Positions 28,121 to 38,256 of a stretch of 64,000 nucleotides of DNA are shown here, piece after piece. Source of the stretch: Gemmatimonadota bacterium (GTDB taxonomy: Bacteria; Gemmatimonadota; Gemmatimonadetes; Palauibacterales; KS3-K002); contig JBDHJS010000017.1 of assembly GCA_039586795.1 (NCBI GenBank), positions 1 through 64,000 of the forward strand, in the 5' to 3' direction. A program made the position numbers and the translations under genes. Every line of letters begins with the position of its first letter. Position 1 is the first letter of the stretch. Under the pieces are notes generated by a model. The model had not been told where the DNA came from, searched no databases, and saw only the letters and a list, made by a program, of their open reading frames with translations.

Positions 28121-29272
28121 CTACAGCGAAACCAATCGCCCGGCTGCTTCCTCCAGCACGTTGATGGTCTTGCAGAAGGCGAACCGCACCTTGTCGCGCC
28201 CCTGATCCGGATCGCTGAAGAAGCTGGAACCCGGAACCGAAGCGACGCCGACGTTCTGCGCCAGCCAGACCGCGAACTCATCATCCGGCAAGTCACTGAG
28301 CCGCGAAAAGTCGGCGAGTATGTAGTAGGAACCCTGTGGGATGCGGCACTCGAATCCTGCATCGACGAGTCCTCGGTACAATACGTCGCGGCGTTCGCGA
28401 TACTCTCGCGCGAGCGTGGCGTAGTACGCTTCTCCCAACTCTTCGAGTCCGACCGCGCACGCCTCCTGAAGCGGTGCCGGCGCGCCCACGGTTAGAAAGT
28501 CGTGCGTCTTCTTTATCGCCGCGGTGAAGTGCGCCGGGGCCACGATGGAGCCGACGCGCCAGCCGGTCACACTAAAGGTCTTGGACGCGCCGCTCACGGT
28601 GACGGTGCGATCGCGCATCCCGTCGATCGTGGCGAGGGAGACGTGTTCACCTTCGTAGATGATGTGTTCGTAGATTTCGTCGGTGAACGCTACGGCATCG
28701 TTCTCGATACAAAGATCGGCGATGACTTCGAGCTCCTCGCGACTGAAGACATGACCCGTGGGATTGTTCGGTGTGTTGATGATTATCCCGCGGGTGGCGC
28801 TACTGAACGCCGCGGTCGTCGCTTCAACGTCCAGTCCACCGTCGGCTAGCGTGGGCACGAAAACCGGCCGGGCACCGCACAGGATCGCATCCGGTCCGTA
28901 GTTCTCGTAGAACGGCTCGAAGATGACCACTTCGTCGCCGGGGTCGACCAACGCCAACATCGCGGCGGCCATCGCCTCGGTCGCCCCGCAGGTCACGGTG
29001 ACCTCCGTCTCGGTATCGACCTCCATACCGTAGAAGCGCCGATACTTGTCAGCCAAAGCTCGTCGAAGCCGTGGCGAACCCCAGGTGATGGCGTACTGGT
29101 TGACGTCGGCGCGGATCGCGTCGCACGCCGCTTCTTTCAGTACATCTGGCGTCGGGAAATTCGGAAAACCCTGAGCCAAATTTATTGCGTCGCATTCGAT
29201 GGCCACCCGGGTCATTTCGCGGATGACAGACTCGGTGAAAGTGTGTGTGCGTTGGGCCGTGCGTGGTTCCAT
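28121..29272 (-). CDS. PLP-dependent aminotransferase class I/II
   Basis: INLAQGFP, VTCGATEA, NTPNNPTG, DEIYEH, SKTFSVTGWRVG, RFAFCK. Confidence 0.93.
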   Translation of the reverse strand: MEPRTAQRTHTFTESVIREMTRVAIECDAINLAQGFPNFPTPDVLKEAACDAIRADVNQYAITWGSPRLRRALADKYRRFYGMEVDTETEVTVTCGATEAMAAAMLALVDPGDEVVIFEPFYENYGPDAILCGARPVFVPTLADGGLDVEATTAAFSSATRGIIINTPNNPTGHVFSREELEVIADLCIENDAVAFTDEIYEHIIYEGEHVSLATIDGMRDRTVTVSGASKTFSVTGWRVGSIVAPAHFTAAIKKTHDFLTVGAPAPLQEACAVGLEELGEAYYATLAREYRERRDVLYRGLVDAGFECRIPQGSYYILADFSRLSDLPDDEFAVWLAQNVGVASVPGSSFFSDPDQGRDKVRFAFCKTINVLEEAAGRLVSL

Positions 29273-29293
29273 TTTTCCTCAGATGAACATTGA

Positions 29294-30652
29294 TCAACTG
29301 CCCTGTACCGGTACCAGCGTTGCATCTTCCTCCACCGCCGCCCGCCGTCCCGCCTCCAAATCCACCCGCGAAAGCAGCAGCATGCCACCGATGAAGAACA
29401 CAACCAGGCCGAGTATCCCGTACCGGCCCGAGCCTGTCACCGCCGCCACCCAGCCGACTAGGAAGGGCCCGACGATCCCGGCAAACTTTTGAAAGACAGA
29501 AAGGAAGGCAAAGAACTCCGACGACTTCCCCTTGGGCACGAGCGTCGCATAGAGCGACCGGCTCAACGCCTGCGCCCCGCCCTGCACGGTCGAGACTCCA
29601 ACAGCCAGCGCCCAGAACTGCCAGGCCGTCGTCATAAAGAAAGCGAACACACAGATGACCGTGTAGACGACGAGGGCAATGTAGATGCCGTTTCGAGCTC
29701 CGATGCGGCCGGCCAGCGAACCGAAGGCAAATGTGAACGGGATGCCCAGGAACTGTACTAAAACGAACGCACCGATAAGGTGTGTCTCGCTAATACCCAG
29801 CTCGGTCCCGTAGATAGATGCCATCTTGATGATGGTCCCGATCCCATCCGCGTACAGCCAAAAGGCGATCAGGAAGAGCAGCAGCTCCCGATGCTGGCGC
29901 ACCTGGCCGATGGTGTCGAACAGCCGTCGGAAGCCAACGCCCAACGGATTGGTGCCACTCCGCTCGCCTTCCTCGAGGCGGCGGGGCGGTTCACTAACGT
30001 GACGGAAGAGCGGGATCGAGAAGCCTAGCCACCAGACGGCGACGCTGACGAACGACAGTCGCGACGCCATGCCCGTGTCCGCGAGGCCGAACAGGTCGGG
30101 TTTCATGATCATCGCGAGATTGATGGCGAGGAGTACGCCGCCGCCTACGTATCCGAGGGCGTAGCCGGCTGTGGAGACGCGATCGACCTCGTCCTCTGCG
30201 GCGATATGCGGAAGGAGCGAGTCGTAGAAGACGTTCGCCCCAGCGAATCCGATGTTGCCGGCGATGAACAGCGCTGATGCTAGGACCCATTCCCCCTCGG
30301 TAACGAGATAGAGGGATGCGGTAGCGATCACGCCGAGGCTCATGAACCCGGCCAGGAACCGCTTCTTCGCACCGAGGAAATCGCCCATCGCGCCGAGCAC
30401 CGGCGAGGCCAGTGCAATGATCGCCAGTCCGATGGCCGTCGTGTAGCCCCAGTACGCGGTGGCCATGTTCTCCGGCATGTGACTGGCAGCGACGCGGCCG
30501 AAGTAGATGGGTAAAACGGCGCCCATGATGGTCGTGGCGAACGCGGAGTTGGCCCAGTCGTAGAGCGCCCAACTGCGAAGCTCACGTCGGTGCAACCCCA
30601 AACGATCGAGCCAACCGCGAGAAGCCGTCTCCGAGTTACCGAGCTCGTTCAT
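29294..30652 (-). CDS. MFS transporter, UMF1/ATG22-like
   Basis: WALYDWANSAF, VFYDSLLP, GYALGYVGG, GGAQALSRS, SEFFAF. Confidence 0.9.
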   Translation of the reverse strand: MNELGNSETASRGWLDRLGLHRRELRSWALYDWANSAFATTIMGAVLPIYFGRVAASHMPENMATAYWGYTTAIGLAIIALASPVLGAMGDFLGAKKRFLAGFMSLGVIATASLYLVTEGEWVLASALFIAGNIGFAGANVFYDSLLPHIAAEDEVDRVSTAGYALGYVGGGVLLAINLAMIMKPDLFGLADTGMASRLSFVSVAVWWLGFSIPLFRHVSEPPRRLEEGERSGTNPLGVGFRRLFDTIGQVRQHRELLLFLIAFWLYADGIGTIIKMASIYGTELGISETHLIGAFVLVQFLGIPFTFAFGSLAGRIGARNGIYIALVVYTVICVFAFFMTTAWQFWALAVGVSTVQGGAQALSRSLYATLVPKGKSSEFFAFLSVFQKFAGIVGPFLVGWVAAVTGSGRYGILGLVVFFIGGMLLLSRVDLEAGRRAAVEEDATLVPVQGS

Positions 30653-31991
30653 CGTTCCCTCCGGGTTCGCCAAGTATCTCATCCAACTCAGCGACGATTG
30701 CGTTGCGACGCTCCGCCAACCGATCGCGCAATCCTGGGCGTCGAACGACCTGGAAGAAGAGCCTCACGTCCTCAGCCACTTCTTCGCGGCGTTGCCACCA
30801 TCGAAGCGCGATCAGACCCAGCATCGGGGTCGCCGCGCCGGCGATGATTGCCCCCAACCATCCAGCGAACGCAGCGGCCACGCCGATCCAGACCACGTAC
30901 ATCGCCGGATAGACCACTACACCCGTCAGCAGTTTCACGGTAGCGACGGTCTCGATCGGCGGACGCATGATCCGCGAAACCAGACCGGACAAGAAGTAGG
31001 GAAGATACCACGCAAATGTCCCCGCCGCCGCCAGTGGTAGGGTCAGCCCAAGTCGAATCGCTTCCCGAGACACGTAACGGATCACGCGTCCCCGCTCATA
31101 GCCCGGCGGCACATCGGCGTCGCCACTTCCCAAACGCTCCAACAGGCCTCGGTACCGCCGTAGCTGGCTCGCCAGACGGTCCCAGCGTTCCGGGTCGCAC
31201 GCTTCCAGCGACGCGAATGACTCGGCAAACTTCTGCAAGCGCGGCAGTCGTGATAGCATGGACTCGCGTTCGCGCCAGCTGGTCTTGCCGCGGGCACGGC
31301 TGTACAACAGGTCGGCAGTTTCCACCAGTTCCCGGTGCGCTTCCTGCGAGAGGTTGAGCGTCTGACGCGACAGCCCCGCTCCGATCGCCCGGTTGAGCGA
31401 GCGAACCGCGGCAGCACGATCTGATTCGTACGCAGCTCGCCAATCGGCCACCGGAATCGGATCGCCGATGCCGACGACTACCCGGCTCCGAAAGCGGTGC
31501 TTCCTTTTATAGGCCAACCCGATTGGCACGATCCTCACTCCCAGCCGCCAGTCCGAGGCCTCCTCTGCCGCGAGAGTCATTCGAGCCACACCGGTCTTGA
31601 GCGGGGCGAGTGCCGGGGCGGAGTGGCTCTTTCCCTCGGGAAACGTGAGTAGCGCGTGTCCAGCGGCTAACGAGTCTACGGCTTCCTGAAAAGCCAGCTT
31701 GTTTCTGTGAAGCTGTTCGGGATCATCCTGAACTCGATAGAGCGGAAGAGTGTCCAGCGATCTCAATACGCTGCCGAAGATCGGAATCTCGAAGAGCGGC
31801 GCCTTGGCCAAAATACGGACACGCCGTCGCGCCGCCTTCATCGAAAGCAGCGGATCCATCAGCATGTTGGGGTGGTTGGTGACGATGAAGACCGGGCCCT
31901 CCGGAAGATCACCTCCCACCCGCTCGATACGGTAGAAGATCCCGGATGACCAGACGGTCGCCTTCGAAACTGCTCGTCCGATCAAGCCCAT
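30636..31991 (-). CDS. Lysophospholipid (PlsC-like) acyltransferase with C-terminal TM helices
   Basis: NHPNMLMD (HX4D), LAKAPLF, FPEGKSH, LKTGVAR, IVPIGL. Confidence 0.88.
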   Translation of the reverse strand: MGLIGRAVSKATVWSSGIFYRIERVGGDLPEGPVFIVTNHPNMLMDPLLSMKAARRRVRILAKAPLFEIPIFGSVLRSLDTLPLYRVQDDPEQLHRNKLAFQEAVDSLAAGHALLTFPEGKSHSAPALAPLKTGVARMTLAAEEASDWRLGVRIVPIGLAYKRKHRFRSRVVVGIGDPIPVADWRAAYESDRAAAVRSLNRAIGAGLSRQTLNLSQEAHRELVETADLLYSRARGKTSWRERESMLSRLPRLQKFAESFASLEACDPERWDRLASQLRRYRGLLERLGSGDADVPPGYERGRVIRYVSREAIRLGLTLPLAAAGTFAWYLPYFLSGLVSRIMRPPIETVATVKLLTGVVVYPAMYVVWIGVAAAFAGWLGAIIAGAATPMLGLIALRWWQRREEVAEDVRLFFQVVRRPGLRDRLAERRNAIVAELDEILGEPGGNDERAR

Positions 31992-31993
31992 CT

Positions 31994-33082
31994 TCAGTTG
32001 GAGTTCAGATGGATCATTTGAACGCGGTTGGTGACCCGTTGGTCACCGAGCATTCCGCCGACGATGATGAGGCGGTCTTCAAGCACGGCGAAACCGCGGT
32101 GATCCATCGACGGAAGGGTCTTGTCAGCGAGCGTCTCCCACGCGCCGGTCTCCACGTTGTAGGCGAAGAAGGCCACCGAAGGACCTGAAGGCCGGCCGTC
32201 GTAACCGATCCCATTATAGTTGTATGGGTTGTCGGTACCGCCAGCGAAGATCACGCGCTGGCCAACACCGAGCGATGCCATCCGATAGAGCGGCGACCCC
32301 GGGTGAGGCGGAAGCTCGCGCCATTCGATTCGCGTAGGATCCTGCGGATCGATCGACCCCAGGTAGGCAGCACCAGTAATTCGGAATCTCGGAGCGACAT
32401 CATGCGTGCGGACACCGTCTGCGAATACGATCGCATCGCCGGCGATACCGCCCGCGTGGCCGAATACCGGTGCACCCGGTATCGGTGTCGCCGCCTGCCA
32501 GCTATTGGTGAACGGATCGTAGATCTGCACGTCTCTCACGTTGTCTGTGTCGTGCCATCCGCTGACGAGATAGATGAGCGAATCCCGCCAGACACCAGAG
32601 ACCGCATCATCAACTGGCAGCGGCATCGGTTTACCAGCGCTCCAGACTCCGGTGGCTGGATCGTATATGTCGAGATCGGGGAGTGACTTTTCGCTTCCGT
32701 CTTCGGCCACCGTGTAGCCACCGAACAGATAGATCTTTCCATTTACCGATTGGGCCGTGCCGGCGATTCGCCCAGCACCGGGGCCTGCAATCTCTGACCA
32801 CTCAGCGTCGCCGACAACGTACTGGAACGCCCGATCGTGGATCCCGGAGAACAGTCGGGTTGAGTCGAGACCCAGGAAGCTGAATACCAATTCCCGTCCG
32901 TCCACCGTCGCCGCTGCGACGGCGTTGTTCGTCACCGGCGCTGGCATGACCGGAAGCTCGCTCCACGATCCAGCCAGCTCTGAGAGTTGATCCGCATCGG
33001 AGCGTCCGGACGATTCGGCCCCGCCATCGCAAGCCGATATGAGCACGACAGTGACAATCGAATTGAGTACTCGACTTCGCAC
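31994..33082 (-). CDS. Kelch-repeat lipoprotein
   Basis: ISAC lipobox; repeated GKIYLFGG, IYDPATGVW, IYDPFTNSW, VIFAGG, LIIVGG. Confidence 0.85.
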   Translation of the reverse strand: MRSRVLNSIVTVVLISACDGGAESSGRSDADQLSELAGSWSELPVMPAPVTNNAVAAATVDGRELVFSFLGLDSTRLFSGIHDRAFQYVVGDAEWSEIAGPGAGRIAGTAQSVNGKIYLFGGYTVAEDGSEKSLPDLDIYDPATGVWSAGKPMPLPVDDAVSGVWRDSLIYLVSGWHDTDNVRDVQIYDPFTNSWQAATPIPGAPVFGHAGGIAGDAIVFADGVRTHDVAPRFRITGAAYLGSIDPQDPTRIEWRELPPHPGSPLYRMASLGVGQRVIFAGGTDNPYNYNGIGYDGRPSGPSVAFFAYNVETGAWETLADKTLPSMDHRGFAVLEDRLIIVGGMLGDQRVTNRVQMIHLNSN

Positions 33083-33162
33083 GGCTACGCCTCCTTATTG
33101 TGACCACAACAGGGCTGCGCTAGGATTGTTGAGAGTGCATAAGATAGACAACGGGGTTGACC

Positions 33163-36100
33163 ATGACGAGCGTTCAGGACCTCAAAGATCTAGCCCGGCT
33201 GTCCGCCGATGTCGCCGTTCCGAGGCTCGAAGAAGCACTCGCGGAGGCTGGCGGCATCGGGCCACTCGATGAGGCATCGCTCGAGCTGGACCGCGAGATC
33301 ATCCGGTTCATCCGCGACTCGGGAAGCCGCGACACGATCCTCGAGACGTTGGATCTCGAGAGCCTCGCAGCGCTGTTAGAGAGGTGCGTGGAGCGGGTCG
33401 AGGAGAGGGATCCGCCGGACCTCGCCCTCCGGGAGATGACCTGGGATGCCCTCGACCTGGTCCGCTACTCCGCTGTGCTTCGCCGCATCGATGCAGGCGG
33501 CGAGACCGGCCTATGGGAGCAGCGGACCCTGACAGCCATCGAGGCTTCCCACTTCACCGTCGGGCCGCTGGTCAGACATCGCGCCCGCACGTACGCGGAT
33601 AAGGTCCTGTTCGAGATACCGAAGCGGACGGGCGGTGAGAGCCTGACGTACGGACAGGTCGCCAAGCGGATCGACACTCTGGCTCGCGGTCTACTTTCTC
33701 TTTATCACCCGGACCCGCCCGAGCGGATCGCCATCCTGTCCGAGAATCGCCCGGAGATGGCGATGCTCGACCACGCCTGCCTGACGTCAGGTCTTGTCAA
33801 CGTCATGGTGCCGGCGAACGCCACGGACGCGGACGTGGGCTATATCCTCCGCCACGCGAGGATCGGGACCGTCGTCGTCTCGAATCGCGAACAGCTGGAC
33901 AAGGTCGAGAAGAACCGCGCTTCGCTTCCCGATCTGAAGCACGTGGTAACGATCGAGAGAATAGGTGATACATCGGGCAAGCTCCTGGCGTTGGCGGATG
34001 TGGAATCACAGGCGGACCAGGTACCGGCGTCGCTAGTCGAGGAGCGATCCAATGCGGTCCGAATCGATGATCTGGCGACTGCGATGTACACGTCAGGCAC
34101 CACCGGCATGCCGAAGGGCATTCAGTACTCGCATCGCAACCTGGTCTTCAAGCGGTTCGCCCGCGCCCTGGCACTGCCCGAGATCGGCGACGGGGATGTG
34201 TTCCTCTCCTACTTGCCGCTGTTCCACACGTTCGGTCGGTACCTGGAGCTGATGGGATGCGTCTTCTGGGGCGCAACGTACTGCTTCCTGCTCGACCCGG
34301 CCGTTGACGCTCTGATAGCCGGAATGAAGCGTTACCGACCCACCGTCTTCATCAGCGTGCCGCGCAAGTGGATCCAACTATACGAGTCGATAACAAAACG
34401 CGCTGATCCGCTCCACGCCCCGGATGATGAAGTCCGTGTAGCGGTGAACGAACTAACCGGCGGACGACTCAGGTGGGGACTATCAGCTGCGGGCTACCTC
34501 GATCCGGACATCTTCCGGTTCTTCCACGAGCACGGCGTGCAGCTACTGAGCGGATTTGGCATGAGCGAAGCGACCGGTGGCATTACTATGACCCCACCGT
34601 TCAAGTACAAGGACAACTCGCTTGGCGTTGCGCTGCCGGGGATCGAAGTGAAGCTGGCGGAGGATGGCGAGCTCATGATCCGAGGTCCCTATGTAATGAT
34701 GGGATATCTGGATCCGCCGGATGAGGAACCATCCTTCGACGAAGACGGTTGGTTTCGCAGCGGTGACCTGATGCGGATGGATGACGAAGGGCACATCCAG
34801 ATCGTCGACCGCAAGAAGGAGATCTACAAGAACATCAAGGGCCAGACGATTGCGCCGCAACGGATCGAGAACCTGTTTCGCGAGTTCGCGTCCGTTGGTC
34901 GCGCCTTCCTGGTTGGAGACCATAGAGAGTACAATACACTGCTTATCTACCCGAACCCGGAGTACGACGAACTCGATTTTTCATCCGCGTCCGCCCAAAT
35001 GGTACGCGATCACTTCCGCTCGTTGGTAGTTTCGGTCAACGAGTTCGTAGCTCCGTTCGAGCGGATCGTCGACTTCGCTATCATCGATCGTGATCTCGAT
35101 GCGGACAAAGGCGAACTCACACCGAAGGGAACACCACGCCGCAATACCGTCGTCGACAATTTCGCCGACGTTATAGAAACGCTCTACCGAAGGACCGACC
35201 TCAGCGTTGGCGGCGTCGACATCACGCTACCTAACTGGTTCTTTCAGGCGCTGGGCCTTACAGCACAGGATGTTCGCGTCGATGGGGAGTCGCTGACACT
35301 TCCATCACTTGCAACGAAGCTAACCGTACAACGGCGAGCCGATGCCGAAGTTCAAATAGGAGCCTGCGTCTATCGGTTCGCCAGCCGCGTGTTGAATCTG
35401 GGTGCCATCCTCGCAACGCCTCGTTTGTGGCTGGGCAACGACGAGCTTGTCGCCTTCGCGCCATTCGATCTCGACGATCGCCAGCGCCCCGGGCGTACGG
35501 CGGACGAGATCCAATGGGCCGGTCGAGCCGCGCCATTCAAGCCGTCGGCAGCGGACTGCGAGGCACTGGAACGGGCGAACCACCAAGCGGAATGGACTCT
35601 GCTGGACCTGGATCAAGCGGCGAGAATGCTGGTCTCGACGGACGAAGCGTGCGCGATGGGTGCCGTCCGACTGTTCGAGCGCATTCTGACGGCGTCCGAA
35701 GACGGTGCATTGGCCAGACCGGCGCGCTTTCTCCTGGCTCGCGGGGCGGAGATCTCGTCCGAGGACGTTAGACGGCGGGCTTTCCAGGTCCTTGTACCGC
35801 ACGAGCGGGTGGCGCGATTCCGCGATACGGTTGGCATGTTCTTGGAAAGAGACCCGGAGTTGTTCGACTCCGAGACGCGCGCCGTCCTCTGCGAACGGAC
35901 GCTTTCTGAATCGAAGATCGACGCTTTCATCCAGCTCGCGTGGGAAGCGTGCACAAAACCGGAGATGGACGAGGCGGACGCAAAGCTCGCTTCCTCGTTG
36001 GTCGACTTCCTCGCCGAGTACGGTGGCGGCCATCCAACTCGCTTCCGTCAAATCAGAGCGTTCATGGTGCGAGTGAACCTGTTCGCGCCCAGCGACACGA

Positions 36101-37935
36101 TGCGGGTACATGCGGGTGAGGCGCGGCGGCAGATGCGTGACGGGTTTTTCCAGTGGCTGGGACCAACGCCGCGCATTGCCGTCGACACGGAGACCGGTCA
36201 GGAGTACCGGTGGGAAGACGTGATTGTGTTCGAGGAAGGCGCAGATCCGGAGGACAGACGTCGACTGCTGTCGGCGATCAAGAACACGCCGTTCCTCTCC
36301 GGATCGATCTTCCTCCTCTTCGGCGGCAAGGTGATCCGACTGGGTGACATACCGCCAGGTGGTGTTTGGGTGCGGCTGGCCGGCGAGCGATACGGCAAGC
36401 GCGTGTATCGAATCACGATCCAGACGCGCTCCGACGAATCGTACGAGCTTGCGGCGAACGTAAACACAGCGCTCACCGCCGAGCAGGTGCAGGAAGAGGT
36501 TGACTGGCTGATCCTCTGCGGTGAACACGAGAACAGACCGCCGGTGGTCGAGGAGTTCGGGGGCTACGTATCGGAGCAAGACATATGGACTGAAGAGTTC
36601 ATATCCGGCTCTACTCTGGATAGAGAGATGCGCCGATTGGCGCGTCGATCCGACGCCGTTGAAGGCATAGCCCAGCTGTGGCCGTTCCTGGCGTGGAGCG
36701 CGTTGAGCGCGTTCGTCGATTTCTGGGATCGCACCGGCCGGCGCTGCGAGATCTCCGCCCTGGCGCCCACCGATATCGTGGTGCCGACTCACGACTACCA
36801 CCGCGGCTCGCGAATCGTATCGCTGTCTGTCCGCTGCGATCATCGTGGCGTGTTGGCCATGCTCCAGTCGTTCAAGGACCAGTTCGTTGGTTCGATCGAG
36901 AACGACTACGACGACCTCAAGGGATTGGTGGGATGGGACGTGGTCTTCTCCTCGGCGTTGGAAGTACTGGGCGAACAAGAGGGCCTCGCCACCCTGGAGG
37001 GTGCACTGTTAGCGGAGACCGGCGCTTCCGACGAGCTGCGAAGCGCTCTGCGTGAGTATGTGGACACCGTCCGTCGCCGCGGTTTCCTGCCAATGCGACT
37101 CTACTTCGCCGCCAAGCGATATCGCCGCTGGGCACGTCTGGCCGAGGACGCTACCCTCGAGGCCAGCGCCCGCACCCTCCAGGAGTTCTATGACACGTAC
37201 GGCCTGGAGCGCCTTACCCGATCTTATCCCGAGGCTCGGCTTCGCTTCTTCCGTGAAACCGTATTCAGAGACAGTTCGCCTGCCCTGATCCAGGGCCTCG
37301 ACGATTTGATTCGGAAGGTGCGGTCAGGTGAAATGAGAGACGCTGAGCTCGCAGGTGCGGTCGCCGACCTGAGAACTCGACTGGAGGCGGATCCTGGCGA
37401 CGACTATTTCCTGGCTCGAATCCCGTTCGCCTATCTACGGCCGGAAGACGCCGTCGACTTCGTGAGCAGCGATATCAGTGGCGAATACCAAAGCGAGATC
37501 GTCGTCAGCCTCGAGGACGCGGATGGCAACGCGTTCCGAGTACGTCACGCCCTGTTGCCAAAGGAAGTTGAGCGACTGCATCGCCTGTTCCTCGCCGCCA
37601 AGCTCGATGTCCGATTTGGCCCCGAGCACAAGTACCTGGTGGCTATCAACGATCGAGAGCAGATCATCGGGGGCATCTACTATACCGTCGAAGAGGGTGG
37701 CACCAACGCACACCTGGAGAAGATCGTCGTCGCCGATCGCTACCGCAGGAAAGGCGTGGCGGACGGCCTGATGAAGCAGTTCTTCAACCGGATGCGCGCG
37801 GCGGGAGCGGAGACCGTGACCACCGGGTTCTTCCGGCCCGAGTACTTCTACTCGTACGGCTTCAAGATCGAGCGCCGTTACGCCGGCCTGGTGAAGAAAC
37901 TGGAGGACGAGGCGTCTACCGCGACGGCGAATTGA
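33163..37935 (+). CDS. Large fusion: long-chain acyl-CoA ligase-like AMP-binding domain, helical region, kinase-like region and C-terminal GNAT acetyltransferase
   Basis: YTSGTTGMPKG, SYLPLFH, GFGMSE, GWFRSGDL, IVDRKKE; C-terminal HLEKIVVADRYRRKGVADGLM...FYSYGF. Confidence 0.88.
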   Translation: MTSVQDLKDLARLSADVAVPRLEEALAEAGGIGPLDEASLELDREIIRFIRDSGSRDTILETLDLESLAALLERCVERVEERDPPDLALREMTWDALDLVRYSAVLRRIDAGGETGLWEQRTLTAIEASHFTVGPLVRHRARTYADKVLFEIPKRTGGESLTYGQVAKRIDTLARGLLSLYHPDPPERIAILSENRPEMAMLDHACLTSGLVNVMVPANATDADVGYILRHARIGTVVVSNREQLDKVEKNRASLPDLKHVVTIERIGDTSGKLLALADVESQADQVPASLVEERSNAVRIDDLATAMYTSGTTGMPKGIQYSHRNLVFKRFARALALPEIGDGDVFLSYLPLFHTFGRYLELMGCVFWGATYCFLLDPAVDALIAGMKRYRPTVFISVPRKWIQLYESITKRADPLHAPDDEVRVAVNELTGGRLRWGLSAAGYLDPDIFRFFHEHGVQLLSGFGMSEATGGITMTPPFKYKDNSLGVALPGIEVKLAEDGELMIRGPYVMMGYLDPPDEEPSFDEDGWFRSGDLMRMDDEGHIQIVDRKKEIYKNIKGQTIAPQRIENLFREFASVGRAFLVGDHREYNTLLIYPNPEYDELDFSSASAQMVRDHFRSLVVSVNEFVAPFERIVDFAIIDRDLDADKGELTPKGTPRRNTVVDNFADVIETLYRRTDLSVGGVDITLPNWFFQALGLTAQDVRVDGESLTLPSLATKLTVQRRADAEVQIGACVYRFASRVLNLGAILATPRLWLGNDELVAFAPFDLDDRQRPGRTADEIQWAGRAAPFKPSAADCEALERANHQAEWTLLDLDQAARMLVSTDEACAMGAVRLFERILTASEDGALARPARFLLARGAEISSEDVRRRAFQVLVPHERVARFRDTVGMFLERDPELFDSETRAVLCERTLSESKIDAFIQLAWEACTKPEMDEADAKLASSLVDFLAEYGGGHPTRFRQIRAFMVRVNLFAPSDTMRVHAGEARRQMRDGFFQWLGPTPRIAVDTETGQEYRWEDVIVFEEGADPEDRRRLLSAIKNTPFLSGSIFLLFGGKVIRLGDIPPGGVWVRLAGERYGKRVYRITIQTRSDESYELAANVNTALTAEQVQEEVDWLILCGEHENRPPVVEEFGGYVSEQDIWTEEFISGSTLDREMRRLARRSDAVEGIAQLWPFLAWSALSAFVDFWDRTGRRCEISALAPTDIVVPTHDYHRGSRIVSLSVRCDHRGVLAMLQSFKDQFVGSIENDYDDLKGLVGWDVVFSSALEVLGEQEGLATLEGALLAETGASDELRSALREYVDTVRRRGFLPMRLYFAAKRYRRWARLAEDATLEASARTLQEFYDTYGLERLTRSYPEARLRFFRETVFRDSSPALIQGLDDLIRKVRSGEMRDAELAGAVADLRTRLEADPGDDYFLARIPFAYLRPEDAVDFVSSDISGEYQSEIVVSLEDADGNAFRVRHALLPKEVERLHRLFLAAKLDVRFGPEHKYLVAINDREQIIGGIYYTVEEGGTNAHLEKIVVADRYRRKGVADGLMKQFFNRMRAAGAETVTTGFFRPEYFYSYGFKIERRYAGLVKKLEDEASTATAN

Positions 37936-38256
37936 GCTATCGATAGGACGAATCATTCGTGAGAGCGCGGGACAGTCTTGTACCTGCCGGGATACCGCTC
38001 TCGTTGCCGCCCCACCGCGTGGCAGAACGTCACTCCAGGCCGCCCATCAGCCGCGTGCCCGCCACTTCGCCGGCGCCGATAACTCGTTGATAAAGAACAC
38101 TTTACGGGGCCTACTTTATCGCGGCACCCCGGCACGAGTTATGCGTTCTTTAACCAAGTACGACTATATCCATAAGGAAGCCGGCGGCAATTACACAGGG
38201 CCGACCGCCTAGCGGGGCGAGCGGCTCGCTTGAAGCGTTTGTCAAAGGAGGCAACG

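Noticed and set aside
35320..36978. 552-aa minus-strand ORF
   Set aside because: Antisense shadow of the large fusion gene; no motifs.
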